Source of the DNA: an uncultured Actinomycetes bacterium
Lineage (GTDB): Bacteria > Actinomycetota > Thermoleophilia > Gaiellales > Gaiellaceae
Assembly (NCBI GenBank): GCA_963845965.1
Contig: CAWJUF010000027.1
Coordinates: forward strand, 13,942 to 77,941
Length of the DNA: 64,000 bases
Direction of reading: 5' to 3'
Positions 21,237 to 32,212 of this stretch are shown in pieces. Under the pieces are notes generated by a model. It was not told the origin of the DNA. It saw nothing but the letters and a program-made list of their open reading frames with translations, and made no database searches. Made by a program: the position numbers and the translations under genes. Every line of letters starts with the position of its first letter. Position 1 is the stretch's first letter.

Positions 21237-22417
21237 CGCACACCTTCCGCCGCCTGGACGGCCTGCCGCCGTACGTGTTCGCGGTGATCCGCGACTTGAC
21301 GCTCGAGCTCCGCCGCGCGGGCGACGACGTCGTCGACCTCGGCTTCGGGAACCCCGACCTCCCGTCGCCGGACGTCGCCGTCGCCAAGCTCCAGGAGGCG
21401 GCCGCGAAGCCGCACAACCACCGGTACTCGACCTCGCGGGGCATTCCGAAGCTTCGCGCCGCGTGCGCCGACCTCTACCGCCGCCGCTTCGGCGTCGACC
21501 TCGACGCCGAGACCGAGGTCGTCGCGACGATGGGCGCCAAGGAGGGGCTCGTGCACCTGATGTGGACGCTCGTCGAGCCGGGCGACGCGGCGCTCGTTCC
21601 CGCCCCGAGCTACCCGATCCACATCCACGCGCCGATCCTCGCGGGCGCGAGCGTCTTCCAGGTCGCGATGGCGCCCGACGAGGACCTCGTCGCGAACCTC
21701 GCGGACGCCTACGCGCGGGCGTCTCCGCGCCCGCGGGTGCTGCTCCTCTCCTTTCCGCACAACCCGACGACCGCCACCGTCGAGCTCGACTTCATGGAGC
21801 ACGTCGTCGGGTTCGCGCGCGAGCGCGAGATGCTCGTCGTGCACGACTTCGCGTACGCCGACCTCGCGTTCGACGGGCACGAGCCGCCATCGATCCTCCA
21901 GGTCCCCGGTGCCGCCGACATCGCGGTCGAGCTCTACACGCTGACGAAGTCGTTCTCGATGGCGGGCTGGCGCGTCGGGTTCCTCGTGGGGAACGCGGAG
22001 GTCTGCGGGGCGCTCGCGCGCCTCAAGAGCTGGCTCGACTACGGCACCTTCCAGCCGATCCAGATCGCCGCGATCACCGCGTTGAACGAGGCACCCGAGA
22101 CGCCCGTCGAGGTGTGCGAGGTCTACCGCTCCCGCCGCGACGCGCTCTGCGACGGCCTCGAGCGCGCCGGCTGGTCGTTTCCGAAGCCGCGCGGGACGAT
22201 GTTCGCCTGGGCGCCGGTGCCGGAGCCGTTCGCCGCGATGGGCTCGCTCGCCTTCGCCGAGCACCTCGCGCGCGAGGGGAAGGTCGCGGTCTCACCGGGC
22301 GCGGGCTTCGGCCCCGGAGGCGAAGGCTTCGTCCGCTTCGCCCTCGTGGAGAACGAGCACCGGATCCGCCAGGCCGTGCGGGGGATCAGGCGCGTCCTGG
22401 ACGCCGGGCCGCCGTAG
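21233..22417 (+). CDS. class I/II PLP aminotransferase (AlaC-like)
   Basis: DLGFGNPD, GAKEGL, FPHNPT, HDFAY, TKSFSMAGWRVG, VRFALVENE. Confidence 0.9.
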   Translation: MTHTFRRLDGLPPYVFAVIRDLTLELRRAGDDVVDLGFGNPDLPSPDVAVAKLQEAAAKPHNHRYSTSRGIPKLRAACADLYRRRFGVDLDAETEVVATMGAKEGLVHLMWTLVEPGDAALVPAPSYPIHIHAPILAGASVFQVAMAPDEDLVANLADAYARASPRPRVLLLSFPHNPTTATVELDFMEHVVGFAREREMLVVHDFAYADLAFDGHEPPSILQVPGAADIAVELYTLTKSFSMAGWRVGFLVGNAEVCGALARLKSWLDYGTFQPIQIAAITALNEAPETPVEVCEVYRSRRDALCDGLERAGWSFPKPRGTMFAWAPVPEPFAAMGSLAFAEHLAREGKVAVSPGAGFGPGGEGFVRFALVENEHRIRQAVRGIRRVLDAGPP

Positions 22418-23125
22418 GCCCGGTCGGCGACGGCCGAGCCGCTCGGCCAGCGCGACGACGTCGCCGATCACGACGAGCGCCGGCCCGGGGAGGCCGTCCG
22501 CCGCGTCGGCGATCCGCTCGAGGGTCTCCGTCGCCACTTCCTGGTCGGGCAGCGTGCCGCGCGAGACCACCGCGGCGGGCGTGTCGGCGGCCAGGCCCGC
22601 GCGGATCAGCCCGGAGGCCAGCTCACGCAGCCGCGCGAGCCCCATGAAGAGGACGAGCGTCCCGCCTGCCGCCGCGAGCGACGCGTAGTCGGGCGGCGAG
22701 CCGTCGGCCGCGTGACCCGTCGCGATCGTCACGCGGTCGGCGACGCCGCGGTGGGTGACCGGGATGCCTGCCGCGGCAGGGACCGCGGCGATCGACGAGA
22801 TGCCCGGGACGACGTCGAACGGGATCCCCGCCTCGGCGAGCGCGAGCGCCTCCTCCCCGCCGCGGCCGAAGACGTACGGGTCGCCGCCCTTCAGGCGGAC
22901 GACGTCGAGGCCCTGGCGGCCGAGCGTCACGAGCAGCTCGTCGATCTGCTCCTGCGAGAGCCCGTCGCGCGGGATCCGCAGGGCATCGGCCGGCGTCTCG
23001 TCGACGAGCTCGGGGGCGACGAGGCGGTCGTACACGACGGCGTCGCAGGCGCGGAGCAGATCGAGCCCGCGGACGGTGATCAGCCCGGGATCGCCGGGAC
23101 CGGCGCCGACGAGAGAGACCGTCAC
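22292..23125 (-). CDS. cobA: uroporphyrinogen-III C-methyltransferase
   Basis: LVGAGPGDP, VYDRL, RLKGGDPYVFGRGGEE; ORF overlaps the neighbour so the 3' end may be shorter. Confidence 0.9.
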   Translation of the reverse strand: MTVSLVGAGPGDPGLITVRGLDLLRACDAVVYDRLVAPELVDETPADALRIPRDGLSQEQIDELLVTLGRQGLDVVRLKGGDPYVFGRGGEEALALAEAGIPFDVVPGISSIAAVPAAAGIPVTHRGVADRVTIATGHAADGSPPDYASLAAAGGTLVLFMGLARLRELASGLIRAGLAADTPAAVVSRGTLPDQEVATETLERIADAADGLPGPALVVIGDVVALAERLGRRRPGLRRPGVQDAPDPPHGLADPVLVLHEGEADEAFASGAEARAR

Positions 23126-23697
23126 CCGAGACGCTCTTCGACCAGCTCGCGGAAGAAGTCGCGCCGTGCCTCGTAGGTGGGCAGGTGCGCCTTCGCCCAC
23201 GGCCGGAGCTCGCGCAGGTCGCGGGCGAGGCGGACGTGCTCGCGCGTGACGAGCCGGGCGACGTCGTCGCGCAGCCGCTGCGCGAGCGCCGGCGACGCAC
23301 CGCCGGTCGAGATCGCGACCGCGATCGGGTCGTCACGGTGAACGGCGGGGAGGATGAAGCTGCAGAGCTCGGGCACGTCGACGACGTTGCAGAGCATCCC
23401 GCGGGCGTCCGCGTCCGCATAGACGCGCTTGTTGACCGACGTGATCGACGTCGCCGCGACGACGAGGAACCGCCATTCGAGGTCCGCGGCCCGGTACAGG
23501 CCGCGGATCAACGCCACCCGCCGGGAGCGCGCGAGCGCCTCGACCGGCTCGGAGACGTCGGGCGCCACCACGGTCACGCGGGCGCCGGCGTCGAGCAGGC
23601 CGTCGATCTTCTCGAGCGCGACCGAGCCCGCGCCGACGACGAGCACGTCGCGGCCCGCGAGGTCGAGGCAGGCCATGTAGTAGCGCTTCTCGCTCAT
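23122..23697 (-). CDS. precorrin-2 dehydrogenase/sirohydrochlorin ferrochelatase
   Basis: VVGAGSVA, CNVVDVPELCSF, ISTGGASPALA. Confidence 0.9.
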   Translation of the reverse strand: MSEKRYYMACLDLAGRDVLVVGAGSVALEKIDGLLDAGARVTVVAPDVSEPVEALARSRRVALIRGLYRAADLEWRFLVVAATSITSVNKRVYADADARGMLCNVVDVPELCSFILPAVHRDDPIAVAISTGGASPALAQRLRDDVARLVTREHVRLARDLRELRPWAKAHLPTYEARRDFFRELVEERLG

Positions 23698-23761
23698 GCC
23701 CGCTTCCGGCGGCGGCAAAGCCGCCGCCTCCGCTCTTTGATGAGCTCCGTCGAGCCTACGC

Positions 23762-24220
23762 TCATGCCTCGACGCTCGTCACGCGAGCCCCCTGCCGGTC
23801 GAGCCGGATCGTGAGCTGCGGGCCGTCGGTCGCCATGGCGAGCGTGAAGGCACCCGGGCCGACTGCCGTCACCGACAGCCGCTCGATCGCGCGACCTTCG
23901 AGCGCCGTGAGAGCGTCGTTCACGGCGGTGGCGCTCTGCGCGAGCTCCGTCCCGGTCGGGAGCTTGCGGAAGGCGCGCAGCGCGGCCTGCTCACCGCCCG
24001 GCCCGTAGAGCGCGCGCACGCGGCCGGACTGGAGCGCGAGCGTGAGCAGGCGGTCGAGCTCGTCGGCGTGGCGCCCCTCGAGCTCCGCGCCGCCGGCGAG
24101 CGCGCCGAGGAGCTCCTCGAGGAGGTCCGCGTAGTCGCTCTCGCCGACCGCGGCGCGCACCGCCTCGACCTCCGCCCGCGCGACCTCGAGCTCCTCGCCC
24201 TTCAGGAGCACGGCCGTCAC
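23762..24220 (-). CDS. hypothetical protein within the sulfate-assimilation operon
   Basis: GTG overlaps the cysH stop; LQSGRVRALYGPGGEQA motif. Confidence 0.7.
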   Translation of the reverse strand: MTAVLLKGEELEVARAEVEAVRAAVGESDYADLLEELLGALAGGAELEGRHADELDRLLTLALQSGRVRALYGPGGEQAALRAFRKLPTGTELAQSATAVNDALTALEGRAIERLSVTAVGPGAFTLAMATDGPQLTIRLDRQGARVTSVEA

Positions 24221-25005
24221 GCGGCCGCGTCCTCGCCGAGGATCGCGTGCAGCTCGTGCTCGAAGCCGCCGGTCTCGATCGAGCAGTGCATGCCGCACTC
24301 CTTGGGTGCGTCGGTCTCCCACCACCAACGTCCGGCGCGCGTCGGCTCGTCCGGCCCGATCGCGCGCGTGCAGGGCGCGCACCCGATCGAGGTGTACCCG
24401 CGCTCGTAGAGCGCATGGGTCGGCACCTCGTTCGCGCGGAGGTAGTCCCAGACCTCGTCGTGCGTCCACTCTGCGAGCGGGTTGAGCTTCACGATCGCGT
24501 CGTGGTCGTGGTCGATCTCGACCTTGCGGATATCCGTGCGCGAGGCCCACTGGTCGCGTCGCAGGCCGGTGACCCAGCAGTCGAGCCCCGCGAGCGCTCG
24601 GTTCAGCGGCTGCACCTTGCGGACGTTGCAGCAGAGAAGCCGCTGCTCCACCGAGCGGAGGAACAGGTTCGGCCCGTGCCGGTCGACGAGGCGCTGCACC
24701 TGGCCGCCGTCGGGCGAGAGCAGCTCGAGCCGGAGCCCGGGGTATCGCTCCCGCAGCTGCTCGACCAGGTCATGCGTCTCCTGCGGCAGCCGACCCGTGT
24801 CCATCGAGAAGACCCGCACGGACGGGTCGATGCTGTACGCCATGTCGATCAGCGCCACGTCCCCGTCCTGGAAGGCGGTCGAGAGGGAGAGCCGCCCGCC
24901 GAAACGCTCGATCGCCCACTCGAGCACGTCCCAGGGCTCGAGGCCCTCGAACTCGACCGAGAGCTCGCCTGCCTCGAGGTCGTCCAGGAGCTCGATGCTG
25001 GTCAC
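24217..25005 (-). CDS. cysH: adenylylsulfate (APS) reductase
   Basis: DTG, CCNVRKVQPL, TGLRRDQ, SIGCAPCT, KECGMH (Fe-S ligands present). Confidence 0.92.
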   Translation of the reverse strand: MTSIELLDDLEAGELSVEFEGLEPWDVLEWAIERFGGRLSLSTAFQDGDVALIDMAYSIDPSVRVFSMDTGRLPQETHDLVEQLRERYPGLRLELLSPDGGQVQRLVDRHGPNLFLRSVEQRLLCCNVRKVQPLNRALAGLDCWVTGLRRDQWASRTDIRKVEIDHDHDAIVKLNPLAEWTHDEVWDYLRANEVPTHALYERGYTSIGCAPCTRAIGPDEPTRAGRWWWETDAPKECGMHCSIETGGFEHELHAILGEDAAA

Positions 25006-26639
25006 GCTGCCGCCTCCTCTCGCCGGCTGCGCGCCGGCTCGCGCCCGGCCAGGTGGCCGAGCTCCTCGTCCGTCGTCCTGTCGAGAAACGCCCGCAGGCT
25101 CTCGCCGTCGGCACGGCCGTCGAGCCAGCCGCCGACGAGCCCGTGCACGAGCTCGTCGAGCTCCTGCGTGGGCACGCGCCGGAACACCGGACGCGCGATA
25201 GCCGCGCGTGGCCCGAGGGCGCCGCGGAGGTAGACGTCGTAGGCCTGGCCGCGCTTTCCGTCCTCGTCGCGCGCGGTCGTCCCCTGGAAGCCGATGTCGG
25301 CGACCCAGTGCTGCGCGCACGCGTGGGGGCATCCGTCGAGGTGCAGCCGGAGCGGCGCGACGTTCTCCCCGAACCGCTCCTCGAGCCCCCCGATCAGCGT
25401 GTCGAGCCGGGTCTTCGTCTCCGTCACCGAGTAGTTGCAGTGCGGCTCGCCGGTGCAGGCGATCCCGTTCCCGCGCAGTCCGCCGACCTCGAGCGGCAGC
25501 TCCAGCTCGCCGAGCGCCGTCAGGACGGCGTCGACGTCGCCGGCGGGGACGTTCGCGAGCACGAGGTTCTGCTGGCGCGTGATCCGCGCCTCCGCGCCGA
25601 GCGGCTCGAGCAGATCCGCGAGCGCGACGAGGCGCGCGCCCCCGAGCAGCCCGACGTGCACCGGCACGCCGACGCTCCTGAGCCCGTCGGGTTGGGTGCG
25701 GATCCCGAGATGGTCGTCGGGCTCGACGTCGATCGGCGGCAGCGCGAAGGTGGGCAGCGCGTAGCCGAGCCGGCGCTCGACCTCCGCGCGGACGCCTTCC
25801 GGCCCGAGTGCGTCGACCATGAACTTCATGCGCGACTTCACCCGCGAGACGCGCCAGCGGAGGTCGTCGCGCCAGGTGTCGAGGATCGCACGGAGCACCG
25901 GGATCGCCTCGTCCTGCCGGACGAACACGCCGAGGTCGCGGGCGATCCGAGGGACCGAGGAGAGGCCGCCGCCGACGAGCACGGAGAAGCCCGGCTCGCC
26001 GTCGCGCAGTACCCCGACGAGCGAGATGCAGTTGATCTCCGGGGCGTTGCAGCGCGACGCGCACGCCGAGATCGAGATCTTGTGCTTGCGCGGCAGGTCG
26101 ACGTAGTCCGGGTTCCCGGTGAAGAACCGGTGCGCCTCGTCCAGCACGGGCGTCACGTCGAAGAGCTCGTCGTGCGCGACCCCGACGGCCGGGCACCCCG
26201 TGATCGCCCGCACCGTGTCGCCGCAGCCTCCGAGGCTGGTCAGCCCCGCGTCGTGCAGCCGGTCGAAGACCTCGGGGAGCGCCGCGAGCCGGAGGTTGTG
26301 TAGCTGCACGTTCTGCCGCGTCGTCAGCTCGGCCTCGCCCCCGCCGTGGTCGAGCGAGAGGCGTCCAATCGCGCGCAGCTGGGCTGCCGTGAGACGCCCG
26401 GCCGCAAGCTTGATCCGGAGCATGAACGTGCCGACCTTGGGCTTGTCGTGGTAGAGGCCCCACCACTTCAGCCGGACGACGTCCTCCTCGGCGACGTCGG
26501 CGTAGCCCGCCGCGATCAGGGCAGGGAGCTCGTCGAGCATCCCGAGCGGCCCCTTCTCGCGCTTCAGGCGCTCGACCGGGTTCCGCTTGAGGACGAGCTC
26601 GAGCGAGGGTGCGTCGGCGGCCGGCGTCGGAGTCAACAC
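25002..26639 (-). CDS. sir: ferredoxin-dependent sulfite (nitrite/sulfite) reductase
   Basis: TTRQNVQ, LPRKHK, CTGEPHC, GCPHAC siroheme/4Fe-4S ligands. Confidence 0.9.
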   Translation of the reverse strand: MLTPTPAADAPSLELVLKRNPVERLKREKGPLGMLDELPALIAAGYADVAEEDVVRLKWWGLYHDKPKVGTFMLRIKLAAGRLTAAQLRAIGRLSLDHGGGEAELTTRQNVQLHNLRLAALPEVFDRLHDAGLTSLGGCGDTVRAITGCPAVGVAHDELFDVTPVLDEAHRFFTGNPDYVDLPRKHKISISACASRCNAPEINCISLVGVLRDGEPGFSVLVGGGLSSVPRIARDLGVFVRQDEAIPVLRAILDTWRDDLRWRVSRVKSRMKFMVDALGPEGVRAEVERRLGYALPTFALPPIDVEPDDHLGIRTQPDGLRSVGVPVHVGLLGGARLVALADLLEPLGAEARITRQQNLVLANVPAGDVDAVLTALGELELPLEVGGLRGNGIACTGEPHCNYSVTETKTRLDTLIGGLEERFGENVAPLRLHLDGCPHACAQHWVADIGFQGTTARDEDGKRGQAYDVYLRGALGPRAAIARPVFRRVPTQELDELVHGLVGGWLDGRADGESLRAFLDRTTDEELGHLAGREPARSRREEAAA

Positions 26640-26731
26640 TTCAAAAGCTATAGCAACGTTACTTCACCAACGCAAGTATCGACCGTCGACCGCGTCGCAC
26701 GGCGAAGACCCGCAGACGCCCGGGTGGGGTG

Positions 26732-27667
26732 CTACTCGACGGGAACGGCGCGCTGCGTCACGAGCGCCCGGGCGCTCCGGAGGGCGCCGACCGGCCGCAC
26801 CGTCCGGAAGAGGAGCATCATCGCGGCCATCCCGACCGTGAGGTTGACGGCGGTGACGCCGACCTGCAGCCCCAGGGAGAACGACACGGCTGCCGCCGTC
26901 GAGACGGCACCCTGGAGGGCGAATGTCGCGAGAACCTGCTGCGTGCCGGCACCCCCCGGCACCGGCACCAGGGTCGAGGCGCCGTTCAGCACGACGACGA
27001 GGGCGGCGGTCGCGAGAGTCGCATGGATGCCGAAGGCTGCGAGGACGAGCCAGACGACGCCGATCCGGCAGGCCCATGCCACGACCTGGAAGGGCAGCAC
27101 CGTGCAGGCGTAGCGGGCGGGCTGCCGCGCGATACGGAGACCCTGCGCCGCACGGCGCACCACCCGCAGCATCGGCTCGGGACGGAGGCGGAACGCCAGT
27201 CCGATGCCCGCCGCAGCGACGGCTAGACCGAGGGCGCCGAGCGCCACCGCGATCGTCCCCGGCAGGGCGGGCAGCACCGGGACGACCCCCGTCGCCCACA
27301 GCAGTCCGAGGAGCGCGCTGCCGATCAGCCCGTCCACGACCATCACGACGGTGAGGGACGCCGCTAGCGTCGGCACGGTCGAGCCGGGGATCTGCGTGCG
27401 CGCGATCAGCACCTTCGCGAGCTCGCCGCCGCGGGCTGGCGTAAACGCGTTGATCGCCACGCCCGCGGCATACGCGCCGGCGACCGACAGCACGGGGATC
27501 CGCCGCCCCGGGTACGCCGCGACGAGCACTCCGCGCCACGCGAGCGACCGGAAGACGAGCGTTCCGAGCTGGAGGACGAGCGCCGCCAGGAGGAAGCGCC
27601 CGTCGAGCCCTCCGAAGCGATCGGATGCGGACTCGACGGCGTCGACGAGCGACCCGGCGACGTTCAT
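26732..27667 (-). CDS. lysylphosphatidylglycerol synthase TM-domain (flippase-like) membrane protein
   Basis: NAFTPARGGE, PGGAG, multiple TM helices. Confidence 0.75.
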   Translation of the reverse strand: MNVAGSLVDAVESASDRFGGLDGRFLLAALVLQLGTLVFRSLAWRGVLVAAYPGRRIPVLSVAGAYAAGVAINAFTPARGGELAKVLIARTQIPGSTVPTLAASLTVVMVVDGLIGSALLGLLWATGVVPVLPALPGTIAVALGALGLAVAAAGIGLAFRLRPEPMLRVVRRAAQGLRIARQPARYACTVLPFQVVAWACRIGVVWLVLAAFGIHATLATAALVVVLNGASTLVPVPGGAGTQQVLATFALQGAVSTAAAVSFSLGLQVGVTAVNLTVGMAAMMLLFRTVRPVGALRSARALVTQRAVPVE

Positions 27668-27796
27668 CCGAGGCCCTCGGTCCCCTGAGACCCCATCGGC
27701 ACAGGAGTGTAGACGCCGCGGACGCCGGACCGGTTAGCGCCGGATCCCTCGCGCCAGGGCTCTACACGTCCGCCCGTCCGGCCGATCCAGCCGTCG

Positions 27797-28724
27797 ATGC
27801 GGCGCGTCATCCTCACCGCCTGCCTGCTCGGAGCCCTGGCCGTCCCGGCGGGTGCCCAGGCGTCGCAGCTGATCGCCCGCGACGCAAAGGACGTCACGCT
27901 CCGCGTCAACGCGCGCGGCGAGGCGCTGGTCGGCTACCGCGCCAAGGGAAAGCAGTGGACGGTGCTCGCCTGGGGTGCGATCAACGCGCTGCACCCGACT
28001 CCGGGGCAGGCGCAGGTGGCGTTCCGCGTCGACTACTCGGGCGGGTGGGGCACGTACCGCAAGACGCTTTCCCGCGGGTTCGTCAACGCCTGCCGGAAGT
28101 ACACCGGCCCGCAGCTTCCGTGGTTCCTGACCGCCTGCACCATGCCGGACGGCAGCCACTGGGCGCTCCAGTCCTGGCAGCGTGGGCTCCCGAACCTCGG
28201 GCTCGACCCGTGGGAGCCGCTTCAGGCGTCGTGGGAGCTCCGCCTGAGCCACTGGAGCGGCGACCTCCCGAAGCTCGAGATCTGGACGAACTGGGCGTAC
28301 AGCAGGCGCTTCGATCACCTGTTCGGGCGGCTGACCTACCTCGGACAGCCGGCGTACGGGTTCGCTGCGTCCGCGAAGGGCGCGCCGGAGGACAGCTTCG
28401 GCCGCAACATCTATCTCGACACGTACAACTCCGCCTACGGGCCCGGCTGGAAGCGCGAGAACAGCTTCCTCGCGCACCGCGGCACCGGGCGTCTTCTGTT
28501 ACGGGCTGTACGCGCACGACCCGTACCCCGGCTATCCGGCGGTCGGCAAGCGCCCGCCGGGCAAGGGCGAGCGCTACCGGGCGACGGTGATCGGCCCGGG
28601 CGTCCTGCCCGACGTGACCTGGGAGGGCGCCGCGCCGGGGGCGTACGACGAGGCGCTCGACCGTCAGCTCGTCGAGCAGCAGCGCGCCGTCTACGGCGAC
28701 GACACGCTCTGCAAGCCGCTCTGA
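27797..28724 (+). CDS. secreted hypothetical protein (frameshift near 28490)
   Basis: Signal peptide AQA; Trp/Tyr-rich; continues FCYGLY..CKPL* in another frame. Confidence 0.7.
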
Positions 28725-28743
28725 TCCCCGTACGATCCGGCTC

Positions 28744-29420
28744 GTGCCCGCCGCTGGACCGATCGAGGCCGTCGTCTTCGACATGGACGGCGTTCTCGTC
28801 GACACCGAGCACCTGTGGGACGAGGTACGCGAGGAGCTGACCGAGGAGTGGGGCGGCCGCTACACGCCCGAGGCGCAGGAGGCGATGATGGGTATGAGCT
28901 CGCACGAGTGGTCGCGCTTCCTGCACGACGTGGTCGGCTTGCGGAGCCGCCGGATGTGATCAACGCCGAGGTGGTCCGCCGGATGCTCGCGCGATACGAG
29001 ACCGACCTGCCCGTCGTCCCCGGCGCCGTCGAGGCGGTCCGCCGGCTCGCGGCCGCAAGGCTTCCGGCTCGCGCTCGCGTCGTCCTCGAACCGCGAGCTG
29101 ATCGACGCCGTCCTGCGCGAGCTCGAGCTGCATCGCTGTTCGAGGTCACGGTGTCGTCCGAGGAGGTCGCGCGCGGGAAACCTGCGCCGGACGTCTACGT
29201 GGAAGCGGCTGTCCGGCTGCGGGTCGAGGCCTCACGGTGCGCGGCGGTGGAGGACTCCGCGAGCGGAATCAAGGCCGCCCATGCCGCGGGGATGCGCGTG
29301 CTCGCCTATCCGAACCGTCATTACCCCCCGCCGCCGGAGGTGCTCGCGCTCGCCGACCACGTGCTGAGCGGGCTCGACGCCCTGGCACCCGAGCTCATCG
29401 GCGGGAGGCGGCCTCTGGCT
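28744..29420 (+). CDS. HAD-IA family phosphatase (frameshifted)
   Basis: FDMDGVLVD, ASSS, GKPAPD, EDS..GI; end approximate. Confidence 0.85.
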
Positions 29421-30650
29421 ACGTCGACGCGCCCGAGCAGCACGCAGCGCGTTGTGGCCGCCGAGGCCCATGGCGTTCGAGAGCGCGACGTCGACCTCGG
29501 CGCGGCGCGCTTCGTTCGGGACGTAGTCGAGATCACATTCCGGGTCGGGGTTCCGGTAGTTGATCGTCGGCGGGAGCACGCCGTCGCGCAGCGCGAGCGC
29601 GCACATCATCGCCTCGACCGCGCCCGCCGACCCGAAGCAGTGGCCCGTCACGGACTTCGTCGACGAGACCGCGAGGCGGTAGGCGTGGTCGCCGAACACC
29701 TGCTTGAGCGCCCGCGTCTCCGCGAGGTCGCCGAGCGGGGTCGAGGTCCCGTGCGCGTTGACGTAGCCGACGCGCTCGGGGGCGACTCCCGCGGCATCGA
29801 GCGCCGCGCCGATCATCGCCGCCACGCCCGTCGCCTCCGGCTCCGGCTGGGCAAGGTGGTGTGCGTCGTTCGAAGCGCCGTAGCCGAGCACCTCCGCGTA
29901 GACCGTCGCGCCCCGGGCGCGCGCGGCCTCGAGCTCCTCGAGCACCAGGATGCACGCCCCTTCCCCCATCACGAACCCGGCACGCGTCGCGTCGAACGGC
30001 CGTGACGCGAGGGTCGGGTCGTCCTCCTCGGCGACGAGACCGCGCATCGCGCAGAAGCCGGCGAGGATGAGTGGGATGATCGGCGCCTCGGTGCCGCCGG
30101 CGAGCACGACGTCGGACTGCCCGCGCCGGATGGACGCCGCGGCCTCGCCGATCGCGGTCGACCCCGTCGCACACGCGGAGACCGGCGCGAAGTTCTGCCC
30201 CTTGAGGCCGAGCTGGATGGCGATCTGCCCGCTCGCCGTGTCGACGAGCACCGACGGGATGAAGAACGGCGAGACGCGGTCCGCGCCGCGGTCGGAGAAG
30301 ACCTGCTGCTGTTCGGCGATCGTCGCAATGCCGCCGATCGCCGAGCCGACGAGGATCCCCACGCGCGTGGGGTCGACGCCGTCGAGCCCCGCGTCGTCCC
30401 ACGCCTCCTGGGCGGCCGCGACGGCGAGCAGGACGTTGCGGTCCATCCGTCGCGCTTCCTTCGGCGGGACGAGGTTGCCCGGGTCGAATCCGCGCACCTC
30501 CGCGGCGATGCGCACAGGGTATTCGGACGCATCGAACGCCTCGATCCACCCCACGCCGCTGCGGCCCGAGACCGCCGCGTCCCACGTCGACGGGGCATCC
30601 AGGCCGAGGGGGGTGACGGCCCCGAGACCGGTGATGACGACGCGTCGCAC
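29419..30650 (-). CDS. fabF: beta-ketoacyl-ACP synthase II
   Basis: RRVVITGLG, SACATG, NAHGTST, KSVTGH, LGGHNA; C-terminal frameshift, end approximate. Confidence 0.93.
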
Positions 30651-30675
30651 GATCCGCTGAGACTAACGGCGGACC

Positions 30676-30755
30676 GGTGTCGGACTTCAGTCAGACACCA
30701 CTCCACAGCCGACCGGCGTCTCGCCTCGAGCTGTCCGACTGAAGGTCGGACACCG
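30676..30755. repeat. pair of REP-like palindromes
   Basis: ggtgtcggacttcagtcagacacc and ctgtccgactgaaggtcggacacc, related and in opposite orientation. Confidence 0.6.
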
Positions 30756-30774
30756 AGCCGGTACGGTCTCGCCG

Positions 30775-31965
30775 ATGGCCCGCGCCCGCCGCAGCCGGTC
30801 GAGCGAGCCCGTCGAGCGGCCGGCAGACCTCGACGACTCGATCCCGTTCCCGCCGATGGAGGCGGAGCTCGTGCGCGACCTGCCCGAAGGTGACGAGTGG
30901 CAGTACGAGCCGAAATGGGACGGCTTCCGCGGCCTGCTCGAGAACGCGTCCGGCGACCTGCGGCTCTGGTCGCGAAACGCGCGGCCGCTGCTCCGCTACT
31001 TCCCCGAGCTCGCGCCGCTCGGGGAGCTACTGCCGCCCCGCTCGTGCCTCGACGGCGAGATCGTGATCGTGCGTGACGGCGTGCTCGACTTCGACGCGAT
31101 GCAGACGCGTCTCCACCCCGCGGAAAGCCGTGTCCGCAAGCTGTCGGCCGAGATTCCCGCGACCTTCGTCGCCTTCGACGTGCTCGTGTGGGACGGCGAG
31201 AAGCAGTGGCAGGCGCCGCTCGCCTTGCGGCGATCGGCGCTGGAAGAGCTGGCAGGCGGCTTCGTCTTGTCCCCCTGCACGCTCGACCGGGGCGAGGCCC
31301 TCGAGTGGCTCGCGTCGTTCGAGGCGATCGGGCTCGACGGCGTGATCGCCAAGCGGCGCGACGAGCCGTACCGCGCGGGCGAGCGCACCGCGGTCGTGAA
31401 GGTGAAGCCGGAGAAGACGGCGGACTGCGTCGTCGCCGGCCTGCGCTGGAAGAGCGACGGCGAACGGCGGATCGCGACGCTCCTGCTCGGCCTGTGGGAC
31501 GACGAGGGCGACCTCGACTACGTCGGCTCTGCCGCGGTCGCTCCGGCGCGGCACGACGAGATCGCGGCGGCCGTCCTGCCGCTGCTCGAGGATGCGCCCG
31601 AGCGCCGCTTCTCGGAGCCGAACCGCTGGGGCGGCGGCGAGCTCGAGGAGGCGCCCGTGCGGCCCGAGCTCGTCGTCGAGGTGCGCTACGACAAGGTGCA
31701 GGGCCGGCGCTTCCGCCACGGGACGAAGCTTCTCCGGCTCCGCCCCGACAAGGACCCGGCGCAGTGCACCTGGCGCGAGCTCCGCCCGCCGCTCGAGCCC
31801 GGCGAGTCCGTCTCCCGCCTGCTCGAGCCTCGCCCCAGGAGCGGAGCCGCAGGCCGGCGATCGCGAGCACGTACGCCACGCCGCCGATCGCGCCGAGCTG
31901 CGAGTACGGCGACCCGTCGCGGCCGTGGGCCCACTCCCACAGGCACATCACGATCACCGCGCTGA
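30775..31965 (+). CDS. ligC: ATP-dependent DNA ligase, LigC-like
   Basis: EPKWDGFR, LDGEIV, AFD, DGVIAK, LLLGL, RFRHG, RPDK; C-terminal tail may be an artefact. Confidence 0.88.
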   Translation: MARARRSRSSEPVERPADLDDSIPFPPMEAELVRDLPEGDEWQYEPKWDGFRGLLENASGDLRLWSRNARPLLRYFPELAPLGELLPPRSCLDGEIVIVRDGVLDFDAMQTRLHPAESRVRKLSAEIPATFVAFDVLVWDGEKQWQAPLALRRSALEELAGGFVLSPCTLDRGEALEWLASFEAIGLDGVIAKRRDEPYRAGERTAVVKVKPEKTADCVVAGLRWKSDGERRIATLLLGLWDDEGDLDYVGSAAVAPARHDEIAAAVLPLLEDAPERRFSEPNRWGGGELEEAPVRPELVVEVRYDKVQGRRFRHGTKLLRLRPDKDPAQCTWRELRPPLEPGESVSRLLEPRPRSGAAGRRSRARTPRRRSRRAASTATRRGRGPTPTGTSRSPR

Positions 31966-32212
31966 TCACGACGATGCCCGACAGGGCTGTCGCATGCAGG
32001 TCGATCCGCGCCCAGTACTCGTCGCGTCCGTCGCCCCGCAGGCCGCGGATCAGGTCGAACCGGCCGCCGAGGGCGAACAGGAGAGCCAGGACGAGCATGA
32101 CGCCGAGCGCCCAGATCCCAGAGCCTGGCTGGCCTCCGATCCAGAACGCCGCGAGGCATGCAATACCCAACCCGACGCTGAACATCGGCAGGAACCAGCT
32201 TGTCCTAGTCAT
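31820..32212 (-). CDS. small membrane protein (DUF2178-like) coupled to the XRE regulator
   Basis: Four TM segments with RDE...ID..A motif; stop lost to a frameshift, end approximate. Confidence 0.65.
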
